Below the pieces are notes generated by a model. It worked only from the letters and a program-made list of their open reading frames with translations. It was not told the DNA's origin and did no database searches. Shown one piece after another: positions 54,657 to 64,000 of a stretch of 64,000 bases of DNA; position 1 is the stretch's first letter; each line of letters begins with the position of its first letter. This DNA comes from a virus. The DNA lies in the IMG/VR virus record IMGVR_UViG_3300030329_006034, positions 1 to 64,000 of that record. One strand, given 5' to 3'. The position numbers were made by a program, and so were the translations under genes.

Positions 54657-56168
54657 TTACCAGTTAAATACAGGAATTGCAAATCTATCAAAAGGTTCTG
54701 TACATCCAGGTCTTCTACCACTGCCAGATAATGCGAATCTTATAAATCCTGCTGAGCTTAGTCTCGTGGTAACCCCTTGACAATCTAAAGCCTCATATAC
54801 TTTTTGATTATACATACCTTGATATCCTCTAGACACCTGGTTCGGAGCTCCGTTAAATAATTCATTGTTACCATCTGCCGCAGAGTATCTAATAATAAAG
54901 TTAAATCCTTGCGCGCTTAGGGTTCCTGCGTCATTAAAACCACCGCCTGGGTCAGTGGCACCACTTATATAGTAAGTTGTTGAATCTGGTGCACCAGCAT
55001 CAGAACCATATAGTAAAACATCACCACCGGTTAGAGCAGGTACTCTAAAGAAATTACCTGGAGGGGATGGTAACCCGTTTGTGTTGTCATATCTATTTCC
55101 GATAACGTTATACAAATCTCTGTAATTCGAATCAACAGTAGATGAATATATATTACCATCACAAAGTAAGTATCCATCAGGTATTACACTAAAGGCACGT
55201 GCGTGAGGTAATATAGTTCCTATTGGAACATCATCACCTGAAGCGCCACCTGATAACCCAGTAGCTGTTACAACATCATAAATAGAACTTGCCATTCCAT
55301 TTATAATTCCATTAGATATATTAAAAAGAGCAAATTCACTAGCAGAAGTATCAGATGAGTTAGTAGAAAAGCCATTAGCTATACCAATAACACCGTCACT
55401 ACCTCTAGTTAAAGAGCTATCAACACCTGTAAATGTACCTTCTAACTTTTGTGTGCTAGCATTTAACGCTAATCCATTTCCGATAGAGTTTGGATCGAAG
55501 CTAGAGTACTTAGTAGTGTGTGTTCCGAGATTAGCTAAATAGAGGCGGTCATTAACGTCAAATTCGAATTGCGCTGGGTCAACATTAACCCTAATGGTGG
55601 CCCCATTACCACCCGAAATACCAGCACCTAAAGCAGTGGTAGATATTTCTCTTGCACCAATGGAATTTTGCTTAATACTAATCTTCCCGGCAGATATTTC
55701 ATTAAAAACAGTACTATAGGCTACCGCCATCCTGTCGCCTACTTTTACGAGACCATCACCAAAAATATCGTTAGTAAATTCACTAGTATTTACTGAGCTT
55801 TTAGCTACTATTATACTATTATTTGCTCCATAATCTAAGGTTAATCCAGGAACAGGTCCAATATATGCATGCCCGGAGAGAGGGTCGTCACCACCATAAT
55901 CTACACTGGTTAGCATGTACAGCTTACTGTTAGCATATGCGATATCACCAACTTCGGCTCCTTCTATAGTTCCTAAACTAGATTCGAGATTAAATGGTCC
56001 GTAGTTTATATTAGAGACCGCTCGACCACCTACCGAAGCACCATCACCGACATATAACCTTCTAGTATCTAAAGTGTATCCCAATTCACCCTGATCGAGT
56101 ATAATAGACCTTCGTTGCTGGTTAGTACCGCGCCTTACTTTTAATTTTACTATACTTACGTCTGCCAT
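54657..56168 (-). CDS. Tail fibre protein with tail-collar domain
   Basis: VRRGT...GELGYTLDTRRLYVGDG; IGTILP/GYLLCDG/LYNVIG/FRVP; paralogue of 53021-54640. Confidence 0.8.
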   Translation of the reverse strand: MADVSIVKLKVRRGTNQQRRSIILDQGELGYTLDTRRLYVGDGASVGGRAVSNINYGPFNLESSLGTIEGAEVGDIAYANSKLYMLTSVDYGGDDPLSGHAYIGPVPGLTLDYGANNSIIVAKSSVNTSEFTNDIFGDGLVKVGDRMAVAYSTVFNEISAGKISIKQNSIGAREISTTALGAGISGGNGATIRVNVDPAQFEFDVNDRLYLANLGTHTTKYSSFDPNSIGNGLALNASTQKLEGTFTGVDSSLTRGSDGVIGIANGFSTNSSDTSASEFALFNISNGIINGMASSIYDVVTATGLSGGASGDDVPIGTILPHARAFSVIPDGYLLCDGNIYSSTVDSNYRDLYNVIGNRYDNTNGLPSPPGNFFRVPALTGGDVLLYGSDAGAPDSTTYYISGATDPGGGFNDAGTLSAQGFNFIIRYSAADGNNELFNGAPNQVSRGYQGMYNQKVYEALDCQGVTTRLSSAGFIRFALSGSGRRPGCTEPFDRFAIPVFNW

Positions 56169-56176
56169 TTTTTAAA

Positions 56177-56938
56177 TTATTGTGTTCTTTTCCATATATA
56201 AGCCCCATAACTTATAGGCGATATACTAAATGCCGTTGCAGCCCCACCATCGGTGCCACCTGTATCTGAAAGTCTTTGTGCTATTGGCTGTATCCCAGGA
56301 AATGCATAGATTGGCTCTGAAGATTGGTCGCCAGTATTTGGAACCAATTGGTTTATGGGTCCTGCAAATTCATCTTCTGCGGTTCCATCCGGAGGCGAAC
56401 CTGGTGTCGACGGCCAAGACAAAATATTTTTATACCCTCCATCTTGGCCACTAGGAACGTGTGTGTGTTTGGGCATTTGCTCTTTAATTAAAGAAACAAC
56501 AGAAGTTTGACCATCGTGTGACGGTCCCATACCTCCATTGTTATTTCCAGATACATATCCGGTATAATCTGTACTTGGATTTTGACCACCCACTCCAACT
56601 AAAAATCTTCCTTCTGCAACTCGCTCCCATACAGTACCTGGTATTCTTTCACCTGGATCCGCACCGTCTACGGTAGTTATCTGAATTGATCCAACTGGAA
56701 AAAACATATCAACTAAACTAGTAATTTCGTTGTTGCCAGCCTCCTCAGACCGAACATGCTGCTCAGGAAGCTCAACGTTGTTAGCTATTACCTTTGTACC
56801 GCTAAGGGCAATCCCAGTGACGTTGCCGTCGCCGTCATATATATCCCTCTTTGGGGTCTTATTCAAATTTCCACCACTCAAGTGTAATAACGATGAATAG
56901 GTTTCTGATATGAATTCGTTCCGTAGACTTGCTGACAT
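56177..56938 (-). CDS. Baseplate/tail-fibre-associated protein
   Basis: FPVGSI, PG..WER, GRFLVG, MPKHTH, YIWKRT. Confidence 0.7.
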   Translation of the reverse strand: MSASLRNEFISETYSSLLHLSGGNLNKTPKRDIYDGDGNVTGIALSGTKVIANNVELPEQHVRSEEAGNNEITSLVDMFFPVGSIQITTVDGADPGERIPGTVWERVAEGRFLVGVGGQNPSTDYTGYVSGNNNGGMGPSHDGQTSVVSLIKEQMPKHTHVPSGQDGGYKNILSWPSTPGSPPDGTAEDEFAGPINQLVPNTGDQSSEPIYAFPGIQPIAQRLSDTGGTDGGAATAFSISPISYGAYIWKRTQ

Positions 56939-56951
56939 AATATTATTTATT

Positions 56952-58892
56952 CTAGTTATTCAAAATACTATCTAGTACATTCCGTTGAAGGTTATAAAGG
57001 CTATCAAAAACTCGCGATACAACGTTGTAGTTTATTTCTTCATTTTCATGAAATTCAAAATCTCTGAAATCAACGTCAATATTAGGGTATGAAGTATATC
57101 TAGCAAGAACCGGAACACCCTCAATAGTTGTACCGGTAATTACTAAAGCTAAATTTACATAAATTTTTAAAGTGTCCTTTAATATTGATTCAATTTCACT
57201 ATTAAGAGAAATACCTAAACTAGATTCACATCCTAACTCTCTATCATATGTATTTGCTAAATCTAGAGGTAAAACATTATCATAAATTAATTTAGTAGTT
57301 CTTGTCAAATATATACGGCCTGTGTTTTGAAAAAGAGAAAAGATATTTCCATTATTTTCCTCCATTATAAAGTTAATAAAGTTCGGCCGGTTAGACGGTA
57401 GATTGTTACTATTCCATGCTAATCTACTATTCCAAAATTTTTCTAGTGTAGATACCCAGTACGAATTTGGTAAAAATTGTAAGTTACTTGCACTAAAAAA
57501 CCCTGCAGGGTATTGTGGGTTACTTATAAATCTTGTAGTAGCGGTATTTAAATCCCTAAGTATAAACATGTTAGAGTCGTCTTTAGAAAATGTAATTAAA
57601 TTAGTAGACGAAGTATCTATTCTTGTTGTTGCCTGTCTCAGAGCTCGTGATTGATATCTTGTAACTCTATTCGGCTGTTGATTTAACCCGAGTCTATAAT
57701 CTTCAACCAAGTCCGCATCTACATGATATACATTGTAATAAGTATTCATATCACGCGCCGGAACTGGTCCAGGGTCAGTAATCACTAAGATAGAATCATC
57801 AGTATCTCTTATGTCAAAATCTAATATAATTTCGCTAGGGTCTTGAGTGGTAATAGTTCCAAAAAATTTATTTGAATATTTATTTGTAAGCTCAACAGCT
57901 AATTTATTTTCAGCTCCAAAAGACCTTACAACTAGAGCGCCTTTAAGATTATTACCTATTTTAAAGTTCCCGTTTATAACTTCCTTCGGTTGTACGACAC
58001 CTGTTCTTGGATTAATTTCACGGAAAGTAAATATATCCTTAACCTTCCACTCACCACATGTATTATAAAAACTAAAATCGTACCCTATTAACCTATCATA
58101 CACTTTGTTATCATCCGGATTTACCCATTTACCTAAATTAAATAAAGTATCGGTATTGTTATCATACGTTAAAGTAGTATTACCGGCGATAGTATCTGTT
58201 TCGTCACCTCTTAAAGTAAATAAACTATTTCTAAGAAAGCTCCCTGAAAAAGACTTCGTTGCAGTATCAGTGATTATAAAATAGTTAAATGTTTGGTTTT
58301 TGTTAACTATTAAAGTGGTGCTAATTGCATCATCTAAACTTTCTATACCATCTAGAACATCTGGGATATCGTTCACCTCCACCCTAACGCCGTCTGAATT
58401 AACCCTAATGGTATTAAAAGGCAGAGCGTTAAAAGACTCGGCATTAGATTTAGCTAAGCTTACATTTGGATTTTTAGATTCAGCTAAACTGGACAATGCT
58501 AGAACATAAGAAGCTGCATCTTCACTGGTAGACTGGAAGTTAAATATTTCGGGGTTAGACAATATATTAAGATCATACAAGTTTAAATTATTGTCGTTTA
58601 AAATATCTAAATTCTTATTAAGAAACGACTGGTCAATAATATCCTTTGGCGATATATGCGGCTTTGTAAGCACCTTATCTGCTTGTACTAAACTAAATGT
58701 ACGATCAAATTCTTTTTTCGCTAGAAATGAATTAGCTATAAAAGTACCTTTAGTACTTAGCGGTTGTGATAGAGAAGTAAGAGACTTTCCAGTAAAAGCC
58801 CGTCCATCGTCTGTAACGTTAAAAAGACCTTTGTAGTCTGTACCGCTTAAAGTAAACGACTCTCCCGAAGTATATTTAAAATATGATATCAT
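56952..58892 (-). CDS. Putative virion structural protein
   Basis: 646 aa, beta-rich N/S/T composition, in tail cluster. Confidence 0.55.
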   Translation of the reverse strand: MISYFKYTSGESFTLSGTDYKGLFNVTDDGRAFTGKSLTSLSQPLSTKGTFIANSFLAKKEFDRTFSLVQADKVLTKPHISPKDIIDQSFLNKNLDILNDNNLNLYDLNILSNPEIFNFQSTSEDAASYVLALSSLAESKNPNVSLAKSNAESFNALPFNTIRVNSDGVRVEVNDIPDVLDGIESLDDAISTTLIVNKNQTFNYFIITDTATKSFSGSFLRNSLFTLRGDETDTIAGNTTLTYDNNTDTLFNLGKWVNPDDNKVYDRLIGYDFSFYNTCGEWKVKDIFTFREINPRTGVVQPKEVINGNFKIGNNLKGALVVRSFGAENKLAVELTNKYSNKFFGTITTQDPSEIILDFDIRDTDDSILVITDPGPVPARDMNTYYNVYHVDADLVEDYRLGLNQQPNRVTRYQSRALRQATTRIDTSSTNLITFSKDDSNMFILRDLNTATTRFISNPQYPAGFFSASNLQFLPNSYWVSTLEKFWNSRLAWNSNNLPSNRPNFINFIMEENNGNIFSLFQNTGRIYLTRTTKLIYDNVLPLDLANTYDRELGCESSLGISLNSEIESILKDTLKIYVNLALVITGTTIEGVPVLARYTSYPNIDVDFRDFEFHENEEINYNVVSRVFDSLYNLQRNVLDSILNN

Positions 58893-61276
58893 TTATAGTT
58901 TATAAAGTTAACGTCGTTAATAGTTGTGGTTTCAGGTAGTGATGAAGTAATGTTATTTAAAAGCAAGGTTCTCACTTCCTCTGTAATACCACTATCCTGA
59001 ATATTTAAATTCTTTACATTAATATCCACTACATTACTCCTATGCTTTAAATTAGTTCCTATTGAATTAACTGTTGCAATAGTATCTGTTAAATTACGCT
59101 GACCGCAAGGCAGGGATATAGTAATATCCTGTATTTCGTTTAAATTCTGTGTGAATACGCCAGATATTTCTTCTTCTTCACTTAGCGGTGATAATGTGAG
59201 ATATATATCATCAATATATAAATTAGGATCTGGGTTCGGGTTAAGCAATCTTTCTGCAACACCGTCGGAGCCTACTATTTCGATTATGCCAAATAAAATC
59301 ATTTTATTTAACATCTGGTAAGCCTTTACATTAAAAGAAAACACAACCTCAGAATTTACATATAATGTACATTCTCCTCGGATACCATCAAATGATAAAA
59401 ATACTGTATTATTAACAAATTGATTTAACGGTATATTTTTACTAAAGGATACTAGAACCGGTGGTTCGGGTGAATTATCAAAAATATTAAATGAAAAGCT
59501 TAAATCACCGTTACTCTTCTTAATAAGTTGAAATCCTCCGTTAATATCATTTCTTTTCGATCTTATAGTAAATGCGCTTGAATTGCTTTTTATATTAAAC
59601 CCTAAAGCAAATCCGCCATTATCATTTATTACTCTAAAGTAATTGTTGACGCGATCTGTTAATTCAGCGCCTTCACAAAAGTTAACTGGTCTCCTTTTTT
59701 CTAATTCATCCTTATCTAATCGCTCGTACCGATATCGTGTATTTGGCTCAAACACCAAATCGCTTTTCTTATCAAATATGTATTTTTTTTCTACTGAAGT
59801 TTTTAAGGTACTATTATTTTGGATAAGTTCCTCTACCAATAAATCGTACGTAATATTAAATGAACCGTTAGTTGACAGAGCTTCTTCTTTTGATGTTAGG
59901 TCAGGGTAAAAATACCTATCAACCCAAACCCCTCGTTCGCCTAATCCACCGGAGAGCCATGTGCACAGATACGTAGCGTCTAGATCTTTAACCCCGTCTT
60001 CATCGTCCAGGTGATAAACTCTGTCAGATAAAAAGGGTTGCGTAAAGCAAAACGCTCCCGAATCCACAAACTTAGTATCATTAATATTAATTTGTGTAAA
60101 CGGATTTAAGGACGACGGGGTTTGGAAAATTGTACTACCCGGTTTTATTTTTACATTAAAGTTGTTGTAGACGTAATTTAATGCCAATACTTCATTTTTT
60201 TCACTATCTATATCAGAAAAGATACTAGTGTATTTTCTTAAACCTTCAACGTATAACGGGTTAGTGTCACTAGAAGATAATAAATTATTAGACGAAACAT
60301 ACTCATCGTAATTATTGGCAATATTTTTTAAATTAAGTATATCGAATTTTGGCTTTGTTGAATTTGACGAAGAGTGTAATAGGTAGTTGGATGGTAGATT
60401 AAAGTTGCTCTTATCCGTATCTACCTTATTACCGGCTTTGTTATAAGTAACAAAAGAGGTATTATAGGGTGAAGGTATAGTAAGATCAATTTCCCCTCCA
60501 AGTTTAATAGCTTTACCTGGAAGCCAAAGGGCGTCTACTTTTTCGGTCGGAGCGATTCTTTCAGCTATTAACGTCTGCCCGTCGCTTACAAGTATGTATT
60601 TGCCCGATTCTGAATCTTTGTCCTCCGGAAATAGGAACTTTTGTGAAAATAGACATATAAAATCTGATGTAGTATCTACCCCGCTTTTAATAATTGAGTA
60701 TTCTAAATTTGCGGCGGATAATGGAATTTTGTTTTCCCCTGCAAAAATAACTTTTTTCTGCAGATCCACTCGTCGCCCTTGGCCTATATTTTCGTCACTA
60801 ACTATAAGATAGTAGCGAAAGTTATTAACAAGAAATGCAACTCTACATGTAAAAGTATCTATTAGTTGTATCTCTATGTTATCAGCGTCAGCAATATTGG
60901 TTGTAATACCTGGATACCCGTAATAGCCGGCCTCATATGTATTTCCAACCTCTCTAAAATTAGACGCATCAGCTATATTGAAGTTTAGATACCCCGGCGC
61001 ATCTGCTGCAAAGTTTAGTGTAGAAAATATTTTTTCCGGAATTACACGGCCACCTGTAAATGTTGTTACGTTATCAAGCTTATATTCATTTGAGAGATAA
61101 AAATTTGTAAAATTTAAATTTTTAAAGCTTTGCGTCCCGGATAGAGCTGTAATAAAATTAAATCTATATCCACCTGGATATGTCCTATAAAATTGATCTA
61201 AATCCAGATCTACAGGACATATTTCTGCTGTTTCTGATTTTAAAGCGCTTAAGCCAGCTTGTACCAATGCTCCCAT
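58889..61276 (-). CDS. Putative virion structural protein (possible LamG-like segment)
   Basis: 795 aa; TATAAATA 6 nt upstream; LSFDG...LYVN...IDDI pattern. Confidence 0.55.
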   Translation of the reverse strand: MGALVQAGLSALKSETAEICPVDLDLDQFYRTYPGGYRFNFITALSGTQSFKNLNFTNFYLSNEYKLDNVTTFTGGRVIPEKIFSTLNFAADAPGYLNFNIADASNFREVGNTYEAGYYGYPGITTNIADADNIEIQLIDTFTCRVAFLVNNFRYYLIVSDENIGQGRRVDLQKKVIFAGENKIPLSAANLEYSIIKSGVDTTSDFICLFSQKFLFPEDKDSESGKYILVSDGQTLIAERIAPTEKVDALWLPGKAIKLGGEIDLTIPSPYNTSFVTYNKAGNKVDTDKSNFNLPSNYLLHSSSNSTKPKFDILNLKNIANNYDEYVSSNNLLSSSDTNPLYVEGLRKYTSIFSDIDSEKNEVLALNYVYNNFNVKIKPGSTIFQTPSSLNPFTQININDTKFVDSGAFCFTQPFLSDRVYHLDDEDGVKDLDATYLCTWLSGGLGERGVWVDRYFYPDLTSKEEALSTNGSFNITYDLLVEELIQNNSTLKTSVEKKYIFDKKSDLVFEPNTRYRYERLDKDELEKRRPVNFCEGAELTDRVNNYFRVINDNGGFALGFNIKSNSSAFTIRSKRNDINGGFQLIKKSNGDLSFSFNIFDNSPEPPVLVSFSKNIPLNQFVNNTVFLSFDGIRGECTLYVNSEVVFSFNVKAYQMLNKMILFGIIEIVGSDGVAERLLNPNPDPNLYIDDIYLTLSPLSEEEEISGVFTQNLNEIQDITISLPCGQRNLTDTIATVNSIGTNLKHRSNVVDINVKNLNIQDSGITEEVRTLLLNNITSSLPETTTINDVNFINYK

Positions 61277-61296
61277 TGTATATATTTATACTGCAG

Positions 61297-62778
61297 TTAG
61301 CTTAAGCGAACTGTTGATAGTTTATATCCCCATGTATTTCCTACCGCTTCCATTCCTGCACTTATGTCTGCCTGTATATCAGAGTTCCCGAAATTTCTTG
61401 CTTTGCCAACATAACCATTACTTGAACTCCTCTGTAATATACCTAAAAGTAACAATTCTTCAAAATATGTTATAAAAATCGGACCACCGCTGTCGCCGCT
61501 ACTTACCCCGGATAAGCTTAAATTATAAGTCGACAGCGCCGGTGAAACATTAGTTAGTTTAAAATCTGGTAGACCTGGGGGCCCTATATTTAATGTAATA
61601 ATAGAGTTGTAACTATTAATTATTGTGTTATCACTATTCCTAGATAAGGATAATCGATTAATAAAGTCTGTTGAACCATACCCTGCAAAATGATCACTAT
61701 CAAACATTTTACTTCCACCGTTATACACTACAGGGTAGTTGTCAGCCGGTACCTCGTTTGCAAAATGCGGAACCTTGTATAATTTAATATTAGCAGCTGA
61801 TCCTGTAGATGCAGTAGCAGTGACTAAATCACGATTAAAACTGACAACTCTTAAATCATTTCCTATGTTAGCTGCCGCGGAAATAGTAGCAGATACAGAA
61901 TTACCGGTAGTGTGGTCATAAAAATACGCTGTATCACCAGCCTTTGGATCGTCGTTAAAATGGTCTACACTTATTCCGTGTCTAGGTGTAATTAAAGTTA
62001 TATTATTGTTATCTCCAAATCCTGTTGCTTTGTAGCTTGTTCCGGAAAAATCATAAACAGATCTATTAGCATATCCCCAAAAACTAGATTTCCATGTCGC
62101 GGATTCGTCAGTTATACTCTCTATAAACTTAAATTTATCTTCCGCTCCAGCAGGGTCAGCAACAGCAGATAAAAGTGATTGTGTTTCGTTTATACTCTGG
62201 TTGGATGTGTCGCTGTATGAAGACAAGGTATTAATTGAACCTATTGTATCGTATTGTATAGTATCATTGCTGTGATTCTGGATTACAAAATTATCTTGCT
62301 TGGTTAAAAATGTAAAAATAGACTTATTGTCCTTATTGTTTAATAAACTTACATTTAATAATTCAATATCGTTTATATTTTCATAATAACCTTCTGTCCG
62401 AACGTTTAGAGGAATAATAAACTTATACGTTTCACCTGTAATGTAGCCTACGTTTACTCTCATTGTTAGTGCCTTTTTAAGAGCAGTGTCAGAGGGGTAA
62501 AATATATGAGGGTATTGGTTGTTTAAAAATACAGGGGAAGCCCCATCTCTAACTTCAGGGTATATAGAGTCTGTTTTGTAATTTCTATATATTGTAATGT
62601 CTGGTTCTTCGATCCCGCTATCATCACCCCAGTTAATAGCTAAGTAGTTTGGAAATACGCCAGAATAAACTTGTGATAAATCTAAAGATAATTTAGTTAA
62701 ATCGAACAGTTCAACGGTTGGCAGTTCCTGAGTACCAGTTACAGAAGTTGAAGTAAGATATACGGTATAAGTGTTCAT
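61297..62778 (-). CDS. Virion protein with C-terminal trypsin-like serine protease
   Basis: INWGD (PKD-like) N-region; TLITPRH...DH, DLRVV, GDSGGP. Confidence 0.7.
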   Translation of the reverse strand: MNTYTVYLTSTSVTGTQELPTVELFDLTKLSLDLSQVYSGVFPNYLAINWGDDSGIEEPDITIYRNYKTDSIYPEVRDGASPVFLNNQYPHIFYPSDTALKKALTMRVNVGYITGETYKFIIPLNVRTEGYYENINDIELLNVSLLNNKDNKSIFTFLTKQDNFVIQNHSNDTIQYDTIGSINTLSSYSDTSNQSINETQSLLSAVADPAGAEDKFKFIESITDESATWKSSFWGYANRSVYDFSGTSYKATGFGDNNNITLITPRHGISVDHFNDDPKAGDTAYFYDHTTGNSVSATISAAANIGNDLRVVSFNRDLVTATASTGSAANIKLYKVPHFANEVPADNYPVVYNGGSKMFDSDHFAGYGSTDFINRLSLSRNSDNTIINSYNSIITLNIGPPGLPDFKLTNVSPALSTYNLSLSGVSSGDSGGPIFITYFEELLLLGILQRSSSNGYVGKARNFGNSDIQADISAGMEAVGNTWGYKLSTVRLS

Positions 62779-64000
62779 AGTATTATAGAAGCAGCAGATG
62801 GTGGAAAAGAAATGGATAAGGTTGGTATACCAGAACTTAGTGCAAATTCCAAAAAGCTAAGATCCATTTCCGGGGTACCCCACCCAGATGTTTTAATAAA
62901 GTTAAAGGTTTGAGATGTATCGTTAGCGATATAATATTCAGTATTTATAAATTTAACTTTGTTCTTATATTCAAAAATATAAGAATATAATCTCGGGGCT
63001 TTGTTTTGATCTTTAAGTATAAAACTTAAATTAAACAGTTCGTTATCACTACTGTATGTTAATACCGGTTTGCTTGATTCTAATATAACAACATCATTTT
63101 TCATGCTATTAAAATACAGAGCGTCATAAGCTACAGGCGTTTCAGCAGTTGGATAAATTTGTTCTACTTTTTTTGTCGTATAGTTAAATTTATAAATTTC
63201 TGGGTATACGCTAAAATCTTTAAACACTGTGTTTGCATTTATGACCCCTGTATGAACTAGCTTAGCATAATAAACATCCTCACCTACCTTAAATCTATTA
63301 CTAATTTTATCAAAATTATTAGTATTGGTAGATAACACGTTTGAAATTGACCCATAGTTGTCAAATTCATAAGTTTTAATATTATAATCTATGTTTTCAA
63401 CCACTAAGAATGAACTAGTCTCAATAAACAAGGTGTTGTAAAATAAATCAAAATTCTTTACACATGTCGATAGCTCGTGTTTAATGGTCGATGAATACTT
63501 TGTATCTAAGTATGTTAGTGTCTCGGTAAGTTCCTTTACATTAGGCCAATTAGAAGGTTTGTTTATATTTTTAACGTATATTTTACCACAATTAACTTGC
63601 TTGGAAAAGAAGCTTTCTGCTGCAGATACGACATCTGTTACTACTGTTTGTCTTAAAGTTTCATCGACATAATCTGTCGACTCAAAGCCACGTGGTCTGT
63701 AATCAAAAGTAAGATCATCAAAAAATAACCCAGCTTCCATGTTAGTAACATTGTTATCACCTGAAGCCACCACATTATAAGTAAAATCACCGGTTGCTGT
63801 TGGGTGTAGCGTATCGCAAAGAGCTCTCACAATAGTCGACTTATCATCATAATAGGATATACCTGCTTCTAATAAGTCAGAAAAGAAAAACTCTCCGGTC
63901 GAGGTAGAATACGAACTTAAATTAGTACTTACAGCGTCATCAAGTATTTGTTCGTCAGAGAATTTAAAAAAGGCACCTTCCTTTACATTAGCGTCAATAG
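62775..64000 (-). CDS. Putative virion structural protein (partial, starts beyond window end)
   Basis: Frame of ORF 62775-63830 stays open to the window edge (IDANVKEGAFFKFSDE...). Confidence 0.65.
   Translation of the reverse strand, partial: IDANVKEGAFFKFSDEQILDDAVSTNLSSYSTSTGEFFFSDLLEAGISYYDDKSTIVRALCDTLHPTATGDFTYNVVASGDNNVTNMEAGLFFDDLTFDYRPRGFESTDYVDETLRQTVVTDVVSAAESFFSKQVNCGKIYVKNINKPSNWPNVKELTETLTYLDTKYSSTIKHELSTCVKNFDLFYNTLFIETSSFLVVENIDYNIKTYEFDNYGSISNVLSTNTNNFDKISNRFKVGEDVYYAKLVHTGVINANTVFKDFSVYPEIYKFNYTTKKVEQIYPTAETPVAYDALYFNSMKNDVVILESSKPVLTYSSDNELFNLSFILKDQNKAPRLYSYIFEYKNKVKFINTEYYIANDTSQTFNFIKTSGWGTPEMDLSFLEFALSSGIPTLSISFPPSAASIIL

Noticed and set aside
1-64000. Stop-codon reassignment
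   Set aside because: Core genes are full length in the standard code and end in TAA, TAG or TGA; coding density is high.
1-64000. dpdA/tgt transglycosylase, integrase, transposase, reverse transcriptase (DGR)
   Set aside because: No ORF shows recognisable motifs. I saw no template/variable repeat pair for the tail fibres despite their Mtd-like N-termini. Such genes may lie outside the window.

Overview
AT-rich 64 kb segment of a large T4-like (myovirus-type) bacteriophage genome; the host cannot be determined from sequence alone. It contains: (1) a rearranged T4-type replication/recombination core (uvsY, uvsW, gp55, gp47/46, gp43, uvsX, gp41, gp32, probable gp45, rnh, gp61); (2) a dispersed 7-deazaguanine (preQ0) pathway (folE, queD, queE, an atypical queC lacking three of four Zn cysteines, and a stand-alone class II glutamine amidotransferase), with no recognisable dpdA in the window; (3) about ten glycosyltransferase-like genes or domains and three methyltransferase-like ones, including a GT29 sialyltransferase-like gene and a four-domain GT/MTase/PIG-L deacetylase/CTP-dependent riboflavin-kinase-like fusion, next to a 2058-aa Cys-rich, mucin-like (Thr/Ser) protein that carries a trypsin-like protease; (4) a late cluster of enzymes whose N-termini resemble T4 capsid-targeting sequences; (5) tail-fibre/baseplate genes; (6) phoH, hsp20 and a structured ~170-nt ncRNA candidate. 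Many transcription-unit starts have a promoter element only 5-9 nt before the start codon and no Shine-Dalgarno sequence, suggesting largely leaderless expression. All protein calls come from motif recognition by eye; no searches were run.
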